A DNA stretch of 25,979 nt from a bacterium (GTDB lineage Bacteria > SAR324 > NAC60-12), in the NCBI GenBank assembly GCA_965233585.1, contig CBDDTI010000594.1, positions 1 through 25,979 on the forward strand, read 5' to 3'. Made by a program: the position numbers and the translations under genes. Under the pieces are notes generated by a model. That model was not told the origin of the DNA and searched no databases. It saw nothing but the letters and a program-made list of their open reading frames with translations. How positions within the stretch are numbered: position 1 is the first letter of the stretch; each line of letters opens with the position of its first letter. Below, piece by piece: positions 1 to 12,049 of the stretch.

Positions 1-384
1 GGACTCGCTTGTTGTTTTGATCGCTGCATATGGGCGGTAGCTTCTTAACCCCATGCTGTGAAGATTGATGTAAATCAATGTAGTAAGAATGTCTTTTCTT
101 GTGCAACCTGAAAAACTTTGCTGTTGCAGCTCTTTCCCAAGAAGTGGGAAGTGGCATGTTGTCGTTCCCTCACGGTGAAATTGAGTCCAAGATTTTTGCT
201 GATGTAGGAGATGTCCAAAACTTGGGGTGGCGCTCAGAATGTACATAGTTTATGTATATATATATGTAACAGTATGTATATGTATATGTTTTTTCTTGGA
301 CGCGGCAGTTTTCAGACATGACTTGGGTGTTTCAAAGTCAAATCCTGATGAGTTTCAACCATCAATGCGTACATCATCGATCAG

Positions 385-3300
385 GAGTTGGAAGCTGAAT
401 ACAACTTCGATGCTTTCAACAAGGCCCGCACCTGGCCCTGATTGGATGTGTTCTTCCGTAGCCTCTGCAAGTTGTATACGAGTCATCTCCTAAACAGCTT
501 CAGAAAACCAGTCTCAATTTGGATCCGCATATTTAGAGAATATGTTGATACATTTTGGCTTCACCGCGTTTGAACCAAACATCCTCACTTGGATTGCAGG
601 TGCCTCCACATAATGAAGTTTCGTCAGCTTCGAAATCGATGGATCTACACGAGCTTCGGCAGGGGCCCTGGCGTGACTGCTTGGAGAAAGAGGCATGTGT
701 AAGGGAATAAAAGGAATATAGCCACACAAGAATCACTCTTTGACTGTATAATCTTCCAACATTAGGATACTCCGAATTTGTGCTGGCATTTAGTGCCAAG
801 TTTCAGCTTTGCAGTAAATTCATTCACTTTGGTCAAATGTCAAAATTAAAAAGTCAGAGCCGTTCTTGTCGCATGAGGCTGGCCAAGTGTGTACAGGCTG
901 GGCTCGTAGAACGGGTATGCAGGGTTTACTAATGCGAGTCATGCACCTGGGCAAGTGAGCCTTCCACCCACTCCTGGGGTGAAAAGGGACGAGATACCAC
1001 CAAACCCTTACCATGCTCGCCGTCATAGTTTGGGACTGTTTTGGAAAATGGAAAGTTTGCAAAATCTTTGCAGATTCTGAGCACTTGTTCAGGCCCTGGG
1101 CCAGCTTGAGGCGGGAACTGGTCGCAAGTCTCTCAAAATATCGATCATTGAAGACCAAGACCATGTTACATTTAGATTTCATCCTCGCTCCTTGTCGAGA
1201 CCATGTTTAATACCTTTTTTTTGTCCTCATAGATGCGCCAGAAAAGTAGCACTGGCATCAGCAGAATAGAGTGCTGTTCCTGCTCGTTGTTTGTTCTTTA
1301 CTTTTTTCTGCAGGTCGGCTTAAGGGAGGTTCGAGAGTCTCTCAGCAAGCACATGGTGTTGTGTTGGGCTGTTTGGTTCAACCAGTATTGGAATGGTGCG
1401 GCCAGGAACAACTTTCAGCGTTGTCATTTCAAGGCTTTTGAACTCTATCAGTTCCAAGATCAAACCACTGAGCTTAGGTGTGCTGATCAAATGCCTGAAT
1501 TTGGAAGGCACAGCCTGGAGCCCGGGAAAGTGGATTGCAACACAAGCTTAGTGCCGTGACCAGCTGGATTAGAAGTTCCAGTTTGGAACCGGCTTTACTC
1601 ATCAGTTCACTTGCACAGGGGGAGAGTTTGTGGTAGACAATTTTGAGGAACATCATCATTTTTTGCCGTTTCAAGCTATGCAACATGATTTCCTCTGAGA
1701 CTTTGCAAGGTACAGAACCTTCAAATGGCATAGTTTTACACCCAGTGGAGTTTTCCACATGGCGACTTGGAAGGCTGCAGCAGATGATCCAGAAGCAGGA
1801 GCAAGTGATTGCTCAAGCGCTTCAGGAGGTCCTTGTGGGTTTTCAGCAGTCGGCAATCTTTCGTCACATGATCAACCTATGGAACCCAGGGAGAGCAGTA
1901 GATCCAACTTTGAACGGATCAATGAAAACCAAGCTGACTAGGAAGGAACAATTCTCAGTGGTTTTGGGACTGAAATTTCAGCATTTTGCTTCATTGGATT
2001 CAAAATTCGATCACGCCATGGAAGCAGTGGCTGATTAGAAGCCTCCCGGTGGCCGTGGCCAAAGGTGTCCGCCCCAGATGTGCCTGAGAATCCTCTGGTC
2101 CGGCAACTGGAGTGCTACGAGGCCTTGTACTTCCACGTACAAAGAGCATGGCATTTGTCCTTGAAGAGATGTTGTTTTTTGGCATAATTTCAAAGCTCCG
2201 AAGCACTAAAGGTTCTGGCTGCAGACCACAGAACGTTGGAGGACCGATGGGTTGGGAAACTGAAGACAATATGAATCGGGCTTGATCAAAGGTTACTGCT
2301 CAAGCCCCGAAACCATAGATAAGACCATGTTTAGCAAGGGACCCAAGACACGTTCTAGGCAAAATGGTACGTTCTCTTTGTTTAGTAAGGTGAATCAATA
2401 AAGCTGGGCCAGCTGGGGGAACCTGGTGGCAACAAGTGTGGCACCATGTAGTGTTGCCACATACATCATACTCGGTCATACCCCTCGGCCAGGAACAAGT
2501 GAACCAGTTGGCAGCAGTGGCTGAGGCACGAGCGATGCCTGCGATGCCTCAACAGCCGTGATTTTTTTCACCTTTAGTCGCCGAGTCGCCCAAAGTTGTC
2601 CTATGCGGTTACCATGCAGAGTACTTCACGTGTTTTTGACTACTTCACAACACCAAGCTTTGACCGTGTTTGTCTCCCGTCAGGAGCTGACTGATGCGCT
2701 GGAGGACGTGGAGAATGACAGCCAGTGAAGCCAGTTCAGTGCCTGTTGCATTTTGCTTCAAGAGATCCAAACTGTGTTTTTTTTGCCAGCATGTATGCTT
2801 GCTTTCTCTTGCCTGAGGTTTTCACAAATTCAAGCGAAATGCTTTGCCTCATATGTCTCATCCATCAACTCCATCAGATCCATCGGTACAGGTGGTGATT
2901 CATTCGTGATTCATTCTGATTTTTGATGTGTTTATTGTGTTTATTGTGTTTTGAATTCATTTTGAATTTATCTCATTGCAGGAGTCCAAGACTTTGGAGT
3001 CGCAACTCAGCCATGACTTGGCGACCAGTCAGCAGCAGCTAACAGAGGTCTGCCCAATTTGTACAACGTGGGAAGGATACGAAGGATACGAAGGAGGAAG
3101 TGTTTTGATTCATTGCGTTTGGATCCTGAATGAAGGAAATCTTTCAATCAGATGCAACATATATTCTGGCCCGGACGGTTTTACCAAATGGAGGAGACAC
3201 ATGAGCTTCTCTCAGTCCCAGATGCTTGTACTCAGATATCATGTCATCGGCATTTGCTGGGGAATGCATCTGACAATTTTCTTCATCTTTGCATGGCACC

Positions 3301-4608
3301 AATTTGCCCAGGGATACAGAGGGTTGACCATGGGCCACATTTTGGCCACATCTTTGGCATGTTTGGTATGCCAAAGGCCACATGAGGATGTCAATATTTT
3401 CAATCGACAGGCTGTGGCTCGGATCTCGCAGCTCGAGTCCGAAAGTGCAGCTGCATTGCGACAAACTGTCGCCAGGAGGCCCAGAAAAGGCCCAGAAACG
3501 GTCCAGGAGCCAGGCAACAGAACCATTTTCGGATCCAAACATTTTGATGCCGCATGTTTTGCTCAGAATTGTGGTGCTATGCAGTCTTCAGACATCTCAT
3601 GACATATCTTATGTCTCCCAACACCTCCCAACACCTGCCACTAAGATCTGTGCCAAAAAATTGATATTCGAAGACTTTTAGTCTACTCATTTGGCCCATT
3701 GTTGGAGACTTCTTCCCTATAACTGATGTTAACTGGTTATCGCATGGGCAGCCCTCATGTGATTCGACCTCCAAGGCAACGCAAGAAACCGAACTTGCAG
3801 TCCGACTCTCAGAGCATTCAGTTGAGCCGGGCAAGACGGGCAAGACGGGCAGATTGATCGAAGACGGAAGTTGCACAAGCTTAAGAAATTCCCACATATT
3901 CCCACGCAGCCTGATCCATGGAAATCAAAGAAATTCCCTGAAAATCTCTGCTAGGAATGGCAGCAAAAACCACAAACCACATGATGTCGGTTTTTTCATG
4001 CTCAGGCATTGACACCTGTGACAACTGCCAAAGTCACCCAATCTAGTTACAGCCGGTTGCTTCACCGAGCTGTGTCCCCCACACCCTGAATGTGTTCAAT
4101 GGTTCTAAGATGTTCTAAGATGTTCTAAGATGTTCTAAGCCTTCTAAGCAATGAAATCCTGCCACACTTAACCTGGCTTGACCCACTAGACCCTCCATTT
4201 CAATTCACATGGTGCGGATACAGGCTGAACGTGCGCATGTCCGGGAGTGAGCTTCTGAGATCTCTGCCACTGGAAACCAGCTTACGGCAAGATGATGTAT
4301 AACTCTAAGTTGAAGGAAAGTTGCGTATGACTTCCTTTGATGACTCACTCAATGACTGTTGTAGCTTTGTGTGATTCCATGGCATGGATCCTACATCGTA
4401 GGAACTCAGAGGCCATGTGGACCATACATATCTACAATATAGTATGAATGATATGGTGTATACATAATATTGTATAATATAGTATATATATATAATATGG
4501 TGTAATATTTACATATTGTATATATAATATATATCAAATATGATCAAGTGATTTGTTCAGTGGACAAGTTCTCAGGTTGCAGCTCCGAGTGGCAAGAGTT
4601 GAATTGGA
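385..4608 (+). CDS. Multi-exon gene for a predicted coiled-coil protein of unknown function (start and stop not located)
   Basis: Phase-consistent exon chain with AG|G acceptors: 385-423 ELEAEYNFDAFNK; 600-658 VPPHNEVSSASKSMDLHEL(R); 878-914 LAKCVQAGLVER; 1093-1110 ALGQLE; 1314-1348 VGLREVRESLS(K); 1478-1507 CADQMPEFG(R); 1774-1828 LQQMIQKQEQVIAQALQE; 2065-2097 VSAPDVPENPL (weaker); 2212-2241 VLAADHRTLE; 2493-2525 EQVNQLAAVAE; 2684-2704 ELTDALE; 2982-3047 ESKTLESQLSHDLATSQQQLTE; 3411-~3478 AVARISQLESESAAALRQTVAR. Less certain: ~3776-3814 ATQETELAVRLSE; 4224-4246 AERAHVR(E); 4576-~4608 LQLRVARVEL. The E/Q/L/A-rich helical composition suggests a coiled coil. Confidence 0.7.
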
Positions 4609-5324
4609 GTGGAATTTGGAGCCGGGAACATAGTTTTGAAACTTACCAAAAGGAGATCAAACACTTGACACGCTCAAAACCATCTGATTTTGTAAACGTC
4701 TGGCCCACTTCAATTCTACAGGAGCTCGGCATCGCACCGAGGCAAGCATTGAAGAAGAAAGGCAACGGACTTGGAGAAGTCCAGGAACCAATTGAAAAAG
4801 CTGTCCTTCAAAGCTGATCAGAGTAGATTCGGGTACATCCTGTCGGAGCGACATGACACAGCTAATACACCCAGCTAAAACAAATTTTACACGATGTGAT
4901 GATGTCCGACTGAGGTCGTTCCTACAACTTCAGACACTTTGACATTTGAGCGCAGGAAGTGGCTTTGTCCTAGGACAACAGAAAATCAAGCAAAGACAGC
5001 ATCCCGAGTCCTCAAAGAAGTGATCCCTGCAGTTCCATTGATGTTGGTCTCCAATGGTCTCTGATGGTCTCCGATGGTCCCCGTCTATATCAGAATCATT
5101 GGGGCCACCGAATGACTTCTAATGATCCCCTTTCTGTTTCCACCGCACCGCAGTCAGTTGGGCTGAAAGTGGCTCAGCAAAGTACTCGGCACCCGTAAAA
5201 AATGTTGATGTTGAGAGCATCCATTGTTCCGAGTACCCTCACGAGTGGACTGACGGATAATTTTTGTGGGGTAGCGTTTCAGTTAGAGCTGTTGGTATGC
5301 CAACATTTTTTTGGCTGGAGGTAT

Positions 5325-5392
5325 TCCAAAGTGTAGTTGACTTTGGCCGAAAGATTCCAACCAAACAAGGCCGAAGTCAACCACACTTTGGA
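5325..5392. other. 24-bp inverted repeat / stem-loop
   Basis: TCCAAAGTGTAGTTGACTTTGGCC (5325-5348) matches the reverse complement of 5369-5392 at 22/24 positions, with a 20-nt loop. Confidence 0.85.
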
Positions 5393-6092
5393 CCTTCACA
5401 TTGTTTCAATAGATAAAACGCATCGTCAGATTCCGTGCCACGGATGATATCATATGTTCGGTTGCGACAACATTGGAGATAATGCAGGCATTCTCTTCAC
5501 CTGAGATGATCTCAACCCATTGGCTTGATTCATTGATCTATTCCCTGAATTCCGTGGGTGCTTTCTTTGCACGAGACCCTTGATCAGGTTGTCAAAGCGT
5601 CCAAACGACGATCATTTCTGTCTGATTCTAAGCCCATCGGAACAGCCTTCACATCAATGGATGAGCTCAACCACTTGGGTTCCTGGTTTCCTGTGTGTTT
5701 GAAAGAAAAAATGCATGTTCCTACTGTGTGGTTTGAGTAACTTAGGCAACTGAGAATGTAGAACTCCAAGCCCCAAAGTAAAACAACCACCCAAAGGGGC
5801 CATGTTTGAGAGGATTCAAAGTGTCAAGATGTGTCAAGCCATATGTCAATGCACGTCTGAAAACTCGTCTGATAAGCTGCTCTTGCGCAGCTCGTAGCTA
5901 TTTGTATCTTGCATCACTGAGGTCAGGGCGCCCTGAGCTCAGAGACCATGATTTTCTCAGTTGAGCAAGGATTCCACTTAGAATTTGACTTGTAATTCAG
6001 AGTCAAAGGATTCACTTTGCCAAGCTTCAGGTTCTTTTTATCACGGGTTATTTTGATGCATTTGTACCCGGTTGTGGGGCAGACTCTTCAAG

Positions 6093-6502
6093 GTGGACGT
6101 GCAAAACCTGGAGAAGGCACCTTGGATCACTTGAAATCACGACTTGATTGGCTAAATTGGCCATGGTGAATATACAGAGCTGACAGTCCATTGGTCCAAT
6201 CGGTGCTAACCAAGTTGCAGATTCAGCTCACAAATTCACCTCCCGAAGATTAAGTCTAGGTCCTCTAGGTCCTATAGGTGGTTGATGGTTGTTGGAGTTG
6301 TTGGATGTCAACATGTGAGTTGTGCATTTCGTGGTTTCAGGCGCAGGTCGGTACACCAGCAAAGGCTACAGCAAGGCGGAGATGGCATGGAACCGAAATG
6401 GAACCAAGAAATGTGGATCTCACGAGTCTCACGACACAGATACTATACGGATCCAGTGCCAAAAGTTCTGAAGCAGTAGCCGCAGTAGCCGCAGCCAGCA
6501 AG
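6093..6502 (+). CDS. Candidate exons between the two gene models
   Basis: 6093-6116 VDVQNLEK (AG|G acceptor, GC donor); 6341-6375 AQVGTPAKATA (TTTCAG acceptor, GC donor, phase 2); 6457-~6502 (S)AKSSEAVAAVAAASK, phase-compatible. Linkage to the neighbouring genes is unresolved. Confidence 0.4.
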
Positions 6503-7535
6503 GACATGTGTAGTCGAGCCCTCAAGTCTTTGGAGTCTTTGGAATTTGCCAAGATCACTCCAGGCAAAACGATGCCAAGCACAAGAAGTCAACAAGAGCA
6601 TGGAGGCTTTCGCAGAAAACAGCAAGACCGGGTGCTTTTAGTGTGGGACTTGTGGATGCCCTCAAAAAATCTTTAAAAATCAGATGCACATCACTCTCTT
6701 GGCTTGGAAAAAAATCTTGAATCATTACTCTTTTCCTTTTGGACAGGAGTCTTTCTACTCGATAGTTTGTGCATTTGGGTTTCAAGGGAGCTATCGGTTC
6801 CAAAGTCAACGAATACTCACTTGTCTCATCCAGAGATGGACTTGGTGAGTCTCAACCCATCCTGTCAAGATTCATTCTGATGTATATGGAAAACTTACGA
6901 TCTCAATATTGTCTATATATATATATTATGTATTGACTTGTATTGGGTATATCTTAATTTTCATTTCATGCTTGCTCTTCACGGGCACGCCTTGGGAGGC
7001 CAAGTTCTTGGAACGTTTTCGCTTGGCTAAGGAGGACCTGGGGGTGTAGAACACATTGGATGTGCCAAGCACTGAATGGAAAAAGATGAATAAAGTACTG
7101 AATAAAGATGAAACGTATAGGAAAAGCTATGAAAACATATGAAAACCCCATCTCACCAGATGTCTCCATGAAATTGACACCACATTGCCTTAATGAACTC
7201 CATCTTCCGCGACTTGACCCGACTTGACCCAACTTGACCAGGACGATATGGAAACAGCAGTGCCACAAACCTCCACCAATGTGCTGTTGCTTCACCAGCT
7301 GGCAGCCATGGTAGCCTTGTCAGTCCGCAGCTGAGCTTGAATTTTGAATTGATCAGGCTCTCAGTGTGGAAGTTTCCAACTCAGAGCCGACTGATTGAAA
7401 CAATATGCAACAAGACATTGTCAAAGTCTCCCATACTTTTGCACAACAGATCCATCGGGTCCATACAAGATCCATACAGATCCATGCAGATCCATTGAGA
7501 TTTCAGCTTTGTTGAGTCCGCAAAGCACGTCTCAG

Positions 7536-10500
7536 TTTGATGATACGCGCCTCGCAAAAGCCGCCTTCGACAACCAGGCGCCTGACATGCCGGTGCGCAA
7601 GTTTTTTAGTTCTTTGTATGCATGAATTGTCGATGTTTGTTGATTTTTTTTGTTGATTTTTACATGAGTACACGGAGCCCCTGGGAAGGACACGCAACAC
7701 AAAGGCTATCTCGAGTTGGAAGACTTTGTCCAGGTGCCAACATGTGCCAACATGTGCCAACATGTGCCAACCATTCACTTGGGACGGAACTGAAATTCCT
7801 GGTTGCCTTTCTGTGCAAGTGTGTTTGTTTAGTACACTGTGTCAAGATTTGCTGAATTGTATTGTTGCATGATGTTCCATGATGCGGCAGGCAGTTCTGG
7901 AGATTCATCAGACCATCAATGTGACCTGTACAGTGGTCCTGGCATGTCCTGGTTTTGTTTTGGACGCAAAGCTCATTGCCTTTGTCGGGCACAGGTAAGA
8001 GCACATAAGAAGTAGTGGACTTGCTAAGAAATCTCTCAAGTGCTGGTGAAGGAAACAATCTGCTGCAATCATACAAAAAGACAATCATTTTCACCATCCG
8101 TCGCCCCATGCCAGACGGCTACGATGGTCCAATGTGAACATCTTTGTGATTCAACTTTCCCAGCGGATGAAGGCGGAGCCTCGTAGAGCCAAGTCTGGAA
8201 CGAGAGCACCTCAATGATATAGACGTATGACATACGTATTTGTATGTGACAGTACATGTATGTATATACACATATATCATATATCATTCGATGTAGTTTG
8301 GTTTCACGTGATGTAGCGTGATCTAATGTGATGTGATGTAATGTGAGGTGAGGTGATTTGACGTGACGTGATGTGATGTGAGAATATATATATATATGTA
8401 ACGATTATCTTGCATTGGGGTTTCTGCAAAACTCCTCTGATCTTTGTCAGTCTTAGGGATGAGGGATAAGCTGGAATAATGTGATCCATGTTTGCCACAA
8501 TAGTTGAACGGTGTCGAACACTGAAACCGTTCAAACAGACATGAGGATGACCAAGATCATACCATCGCAGGTTCTACGACCATCGACTTGGTGCAATTCT
8601 TGCAGTGGTGCGCCCTTTTCAGGCAAAGTACTGAAGAGTGGTTGACATCGGCTGTGAAGGTATTCCAACTACAGCTTCCACGAAAGCCTGCTGCTAGCAC
8701 CGGACATGAGGGATCTTCGGCGCCTCAGCCGTCAGTATGGAATCCCTTGGGAAGAAGTGCACAACGTCAAACGCCGGGGAGCCCAAGGTATAGTTGAAAA
8801 CTAGTTGGAAGGGCTCCTGTTTGCACACTTCGGCAGAGTCTAGGTTTGAGGGCTTAGACAAGGTGAAACAATCACATTTTGAGTTTCACCGATCATACCG
8901 AATCATACCCAAAGAATTGCCGAAAGGTCACTTTGACGCGGTGGATACAGATGGATCAGGAGAAATTGATTTCGAGGAGACTCATGGGAATCAGTAGACT
9001 CGGTGAACCTTTTGTCTTTGCACGCACGAGTCTAAGATCTGAGTAACGAATGCACGGATATTTCATCACCGTAAAAGAAACACTCTTTCATCAAATCGGA
9101 GTCCAAGGCAGCCAAGCCTCGCAAGAGCACAGTTTTCCCGCAAATTGGAAAGTCTGATTTTGAAAAGCTCTTGGTTCATAGCGTTGTTCACATGGAAATG
9201 TGGTGATTAGAAAAAAGCAGCCAAGCAGACGGGATTGGAAGGTTGGGTCAAGACCAGCGGGGATGAATAACTTTTGTGGCTTTGAATAAGTTTGACATCG
9301 GTCCAGGAATTTTCAGAAGTCCTGCGGAAAGTCCTCCAGGTGCTCAATTCTTTGTGCAGGGCGCCGTTGAAGGATGTCTAAGTTTCACCTGCCAAATTCT
9401 TAAGCCAGTTTGTTCCCTTAAACAGTGTGTCCACACAGGGGTTCTTACGGTAGGTGTTAAGGCCGGGGTTAGATCACGGTACGCCAACTGGCTTGCGGTT
9501 TTTTCCTGTAAATTCTCGTGTTAAAATGGCTGTTGTGACATGTCCATGTGCATTTCAACTGCGCGGCCTCGCACAAAGTGATCCTGATGAAATCCTCTAA
9601 GCGGTCTTGTGGAGATCCTGGTGCCGTCCTCTCTTGTACACATCCTTATGACAAGATCTTGTGCAGTTCCTGCTGAAATCCTCTGAGAGGTCCTTGCTTT
9701 ATCTTGCACAGATCCTGGTGAGAAGATCTTGTGAAGATCCCGCTGAAATCCTCTAAGTGGTCCTTACATGATCTTGCACACGGATCCTTGTGTCAAGATC
9801 TTCGTTGAGAAGTCCTCGACATTGTATGATCTTGTGCAGATCCTTATGAGGAGATCTTCTGGAAATCCTGGTGAAGTCCTCTCGATGAAGGTCTTGTAAA
9901 TATCCTCTATACAGAAGGTCACCCTTAGACGAGCTTGTGAACTTCTCTTTGATATCCTGGTATGAGGTTCTGGTATAAGGTCGTACACATAGAGTTGCTT
10001 GCTTTTTAAGCTTTAAGCATTGATTTCCTACCCTCCATACTGTTTGGGGTCTCTTGACGGGATAAATGATGAGTCACTGGACGATTCTGGCAAACCAGCG
10101 ACGCAGTGTATGATTTTGGGTTTGAAATGCAGGTGGCGCCAGATTTGGAATTGCCACCCAATCGTGCAAGGCCATCTTGCAGCTGCATGTTTGCACGGGA
10201 GATATGCACGGGGATTTGTTTTTCATTCACCCCTTCTGTGACAGGCACTTTTGGAAGCAGCTTGATACCGATGGAAGCGGCAAGGCGTGCCCCCAAGAGC
10301 CTTGTGACAAGACCCAACACCTGGAATTGATGAAGTCTATGGCAGTTTTGAGAATGTTGTTCCATTTCTGTTTGCTGAATCGCGAGTACGGAGAGGTTTT
10401 TGAATGAAGTCAGGCACCTGCCGTAGTTGAAGATTGGAATGATTTGGACAATTTTTGAGGCTGACTTCTCCGAGTTCCTCCCCTGGTGGCTGAAGTATTT

Positions 10501-11077
10501 CCACCATAAGGCAGAGAAACTGTTCCACCAAGACAGGCGAACAAGAGCAGACTGTCACGGAAAACTCTGAAATTCGAAATTGTTTGAATCATCCAACGGA
10601 TGCCATACCATTCCAAGATGTGAGGCAGACTATGACCCTTGAAAGGGCAGTTCTGAATTAAATCGCAGCGCTGCAAGCTGCATGAAGATGCCCAGGATGG
10701 GAAGAAGATGCTGGTCAAGCCATTTGAGGACCCAGGGCAGCAGACAGGGCAGTACTAACATATGCGGCGAAGGGCACTGTCTCAGTATGGTTTTCATTGC
10801 AGCCACTGCACAGCGAGCATTCGAAAGAATACGGATTTCTATAGATGCAAACCGCAAGGAATATTTGCATGCTATTTAATACGGCATTTAACTCCAGGTA
10901 GTCAATCAACATATGAAAGCGCCATCCAATCTGCACAAAATTGTCCAGCCGATTCAGGATTTCTATCGGAGTGTTCGCAACTTGAAGAATCCAGATCCCC
11001 CTCCGTTCAAAAACAAGATGGGAAAGAGGATGGTGTCAGCTCCTCAGTGCAGGTTGAGACCCATGCTTTTTGCATAG
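7536..11077 (+). CDS. Multi-exon EF-hand (calcium-binding-like) protein with four EF-hand-like motifs; 5' end unresolved
   Basis: Exons: ~7536-7577 FDDTRLAKAAFDNQ; 7689-7733 DTQHKGYLELEDFVQ; 7891-7920 AVLEIHQTIN (likely); unresolved gap; ~8571-8607 GSTTIDLVQFLQ(W); 8660-8772 YSNYSFHESLLLAPDMRDLRRLSRQYGIPWEEVHNVK(R); 8927-8976 HFDAVDTDGSGEIDFE; 9307-9339 EFSEVLRKVLQ; 10133-10170 VAPDLELPPNRA(R); 10245-10284 HFWKQLDTDGSGK; 10460-10510 ADFSEFLPWWLKYFHHK; 10696-10728 DGKKMLVKPFE; 10958-11077 DFYRSVRNLKNPDPPPFKNK...FA*. All phases join from 8571 onward, and splicing rebuilds the EF loops DTDGSGEIDFEE and DTDGSGKADFSE. A possible upstream exon lies near 7242 (DDMETAVPQTSTNVLLLHQL), and further 3' exons are possible to ~11521. 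Confidence 0.85.
8305..8380. repeat. Degenerate (TGATG)n microsatellite, intronic
   Basis: gtgatgtgatgt...gtgaggtgaggtga...gtgatgtgatgtga. Confidence 0.85.
9490..9990. repeat. Degenerate GATCCT/AAGATCTT/GAAATCCT motif repeat inside the 9340-10132 intron
   Basis: Many recurrences of gatcctggtg, aagatcttgtg, gaaatcctct and cttgcaca. It resembles a dispersed Symbiodiniaceae repeat family from memory (unverified). Confidence 0.7.
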
Positions 11078-12049
11078 AAGGCTGAAATTTGAAAAAAGAC
11101 CCGAATGATTTCAAGCAGTTCGACATGACATCATTCATGACATTGATCAGTGACCCTAGGTTTGGGCAATTCGAGGACGGTGGCTGATCATTTGCTTTCA
11201 ATTTTCATATCTTTGCTCTAATCTGCTTTCAGGTTCCACCGCTGAACCAAATGTGCAAGTGCCAGATTCAATCTGAATCGTGTTTGCAGGATCCAGCCAA
11301 AGGACGGGCTATTCATCATGTCATGCAATGTGTGGTGGGAAAGAAATTTATTGTGTCAAGACGGGGCCCGACGCAATTCGTGGCGGAGAATGAATCTTGG
11401 ATCTCTGTTGCTTTGTCTCTCCAGGAGCACAACGAGCGACAGCCGAAAGACGCATCTCAGCTATCTTGACCGAAAGGCGAATGAGTTGGCGGAAGAACTC
11501 CGATGCCTAGTGGCACCTTGAGACTGAAACTATTGTGAGGTTTGTGGTACCGGTTTGACAACTATTTGGTTTCCATATTGCAGAAATCAAAGGTATAACG
11601 TAGCACACAGTTTCACTATTCTGTTTCACCTTGGATGAAGTGCAATACCTTGCATTTTCCGCAATTGCAGCTGGACTCCGTGAAAAAGATCATAGATTTG
11701 ATTTTGCCCAAATGCGACGCAAAACGTTTTGTTTAATTTTCGGGATCTGGCGGAGAATATATAGTTGTCTGATATTCGAAAGCCAGGGCTGAAGTTGTTA
11801 TCGTAAACATTGTGAACTTAAGAGGGCAGGTTTGACGAGAAAACTCGAAATTAGGTCCTGTTTTAGGTGCCGCGGCGGTTGCGTGACGGTGAGGTACTGA
11901 GCCTCCCTTTTGCGCATCGTTTTAGGGTGCCAAGTATCAATATATTTAGTTTCTGAAACCATTCAGACGCATATAAATGGAGATGAGATTTGAACCCAGA
12001 CATATTTAATACAATCGTTTTGTGAAAACATTAAGACTTTAAACACACA

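Noticed and set aside
455..560. Dinoflagellate spliced-leader relics (TCCGTAGCC at ~455, CATTTTGGCT at 551)
   Set aside because: Only 9-10 nt partial matches, far apart and inside a predicted intron, so compatible with chance.
2976..3602. 208-aa ORF as a single-exon gene
   Set aside because: Only 2982-3047 and 3411-~3478 look coding. The middle is a stop-free 363-nt GT-AG intron.
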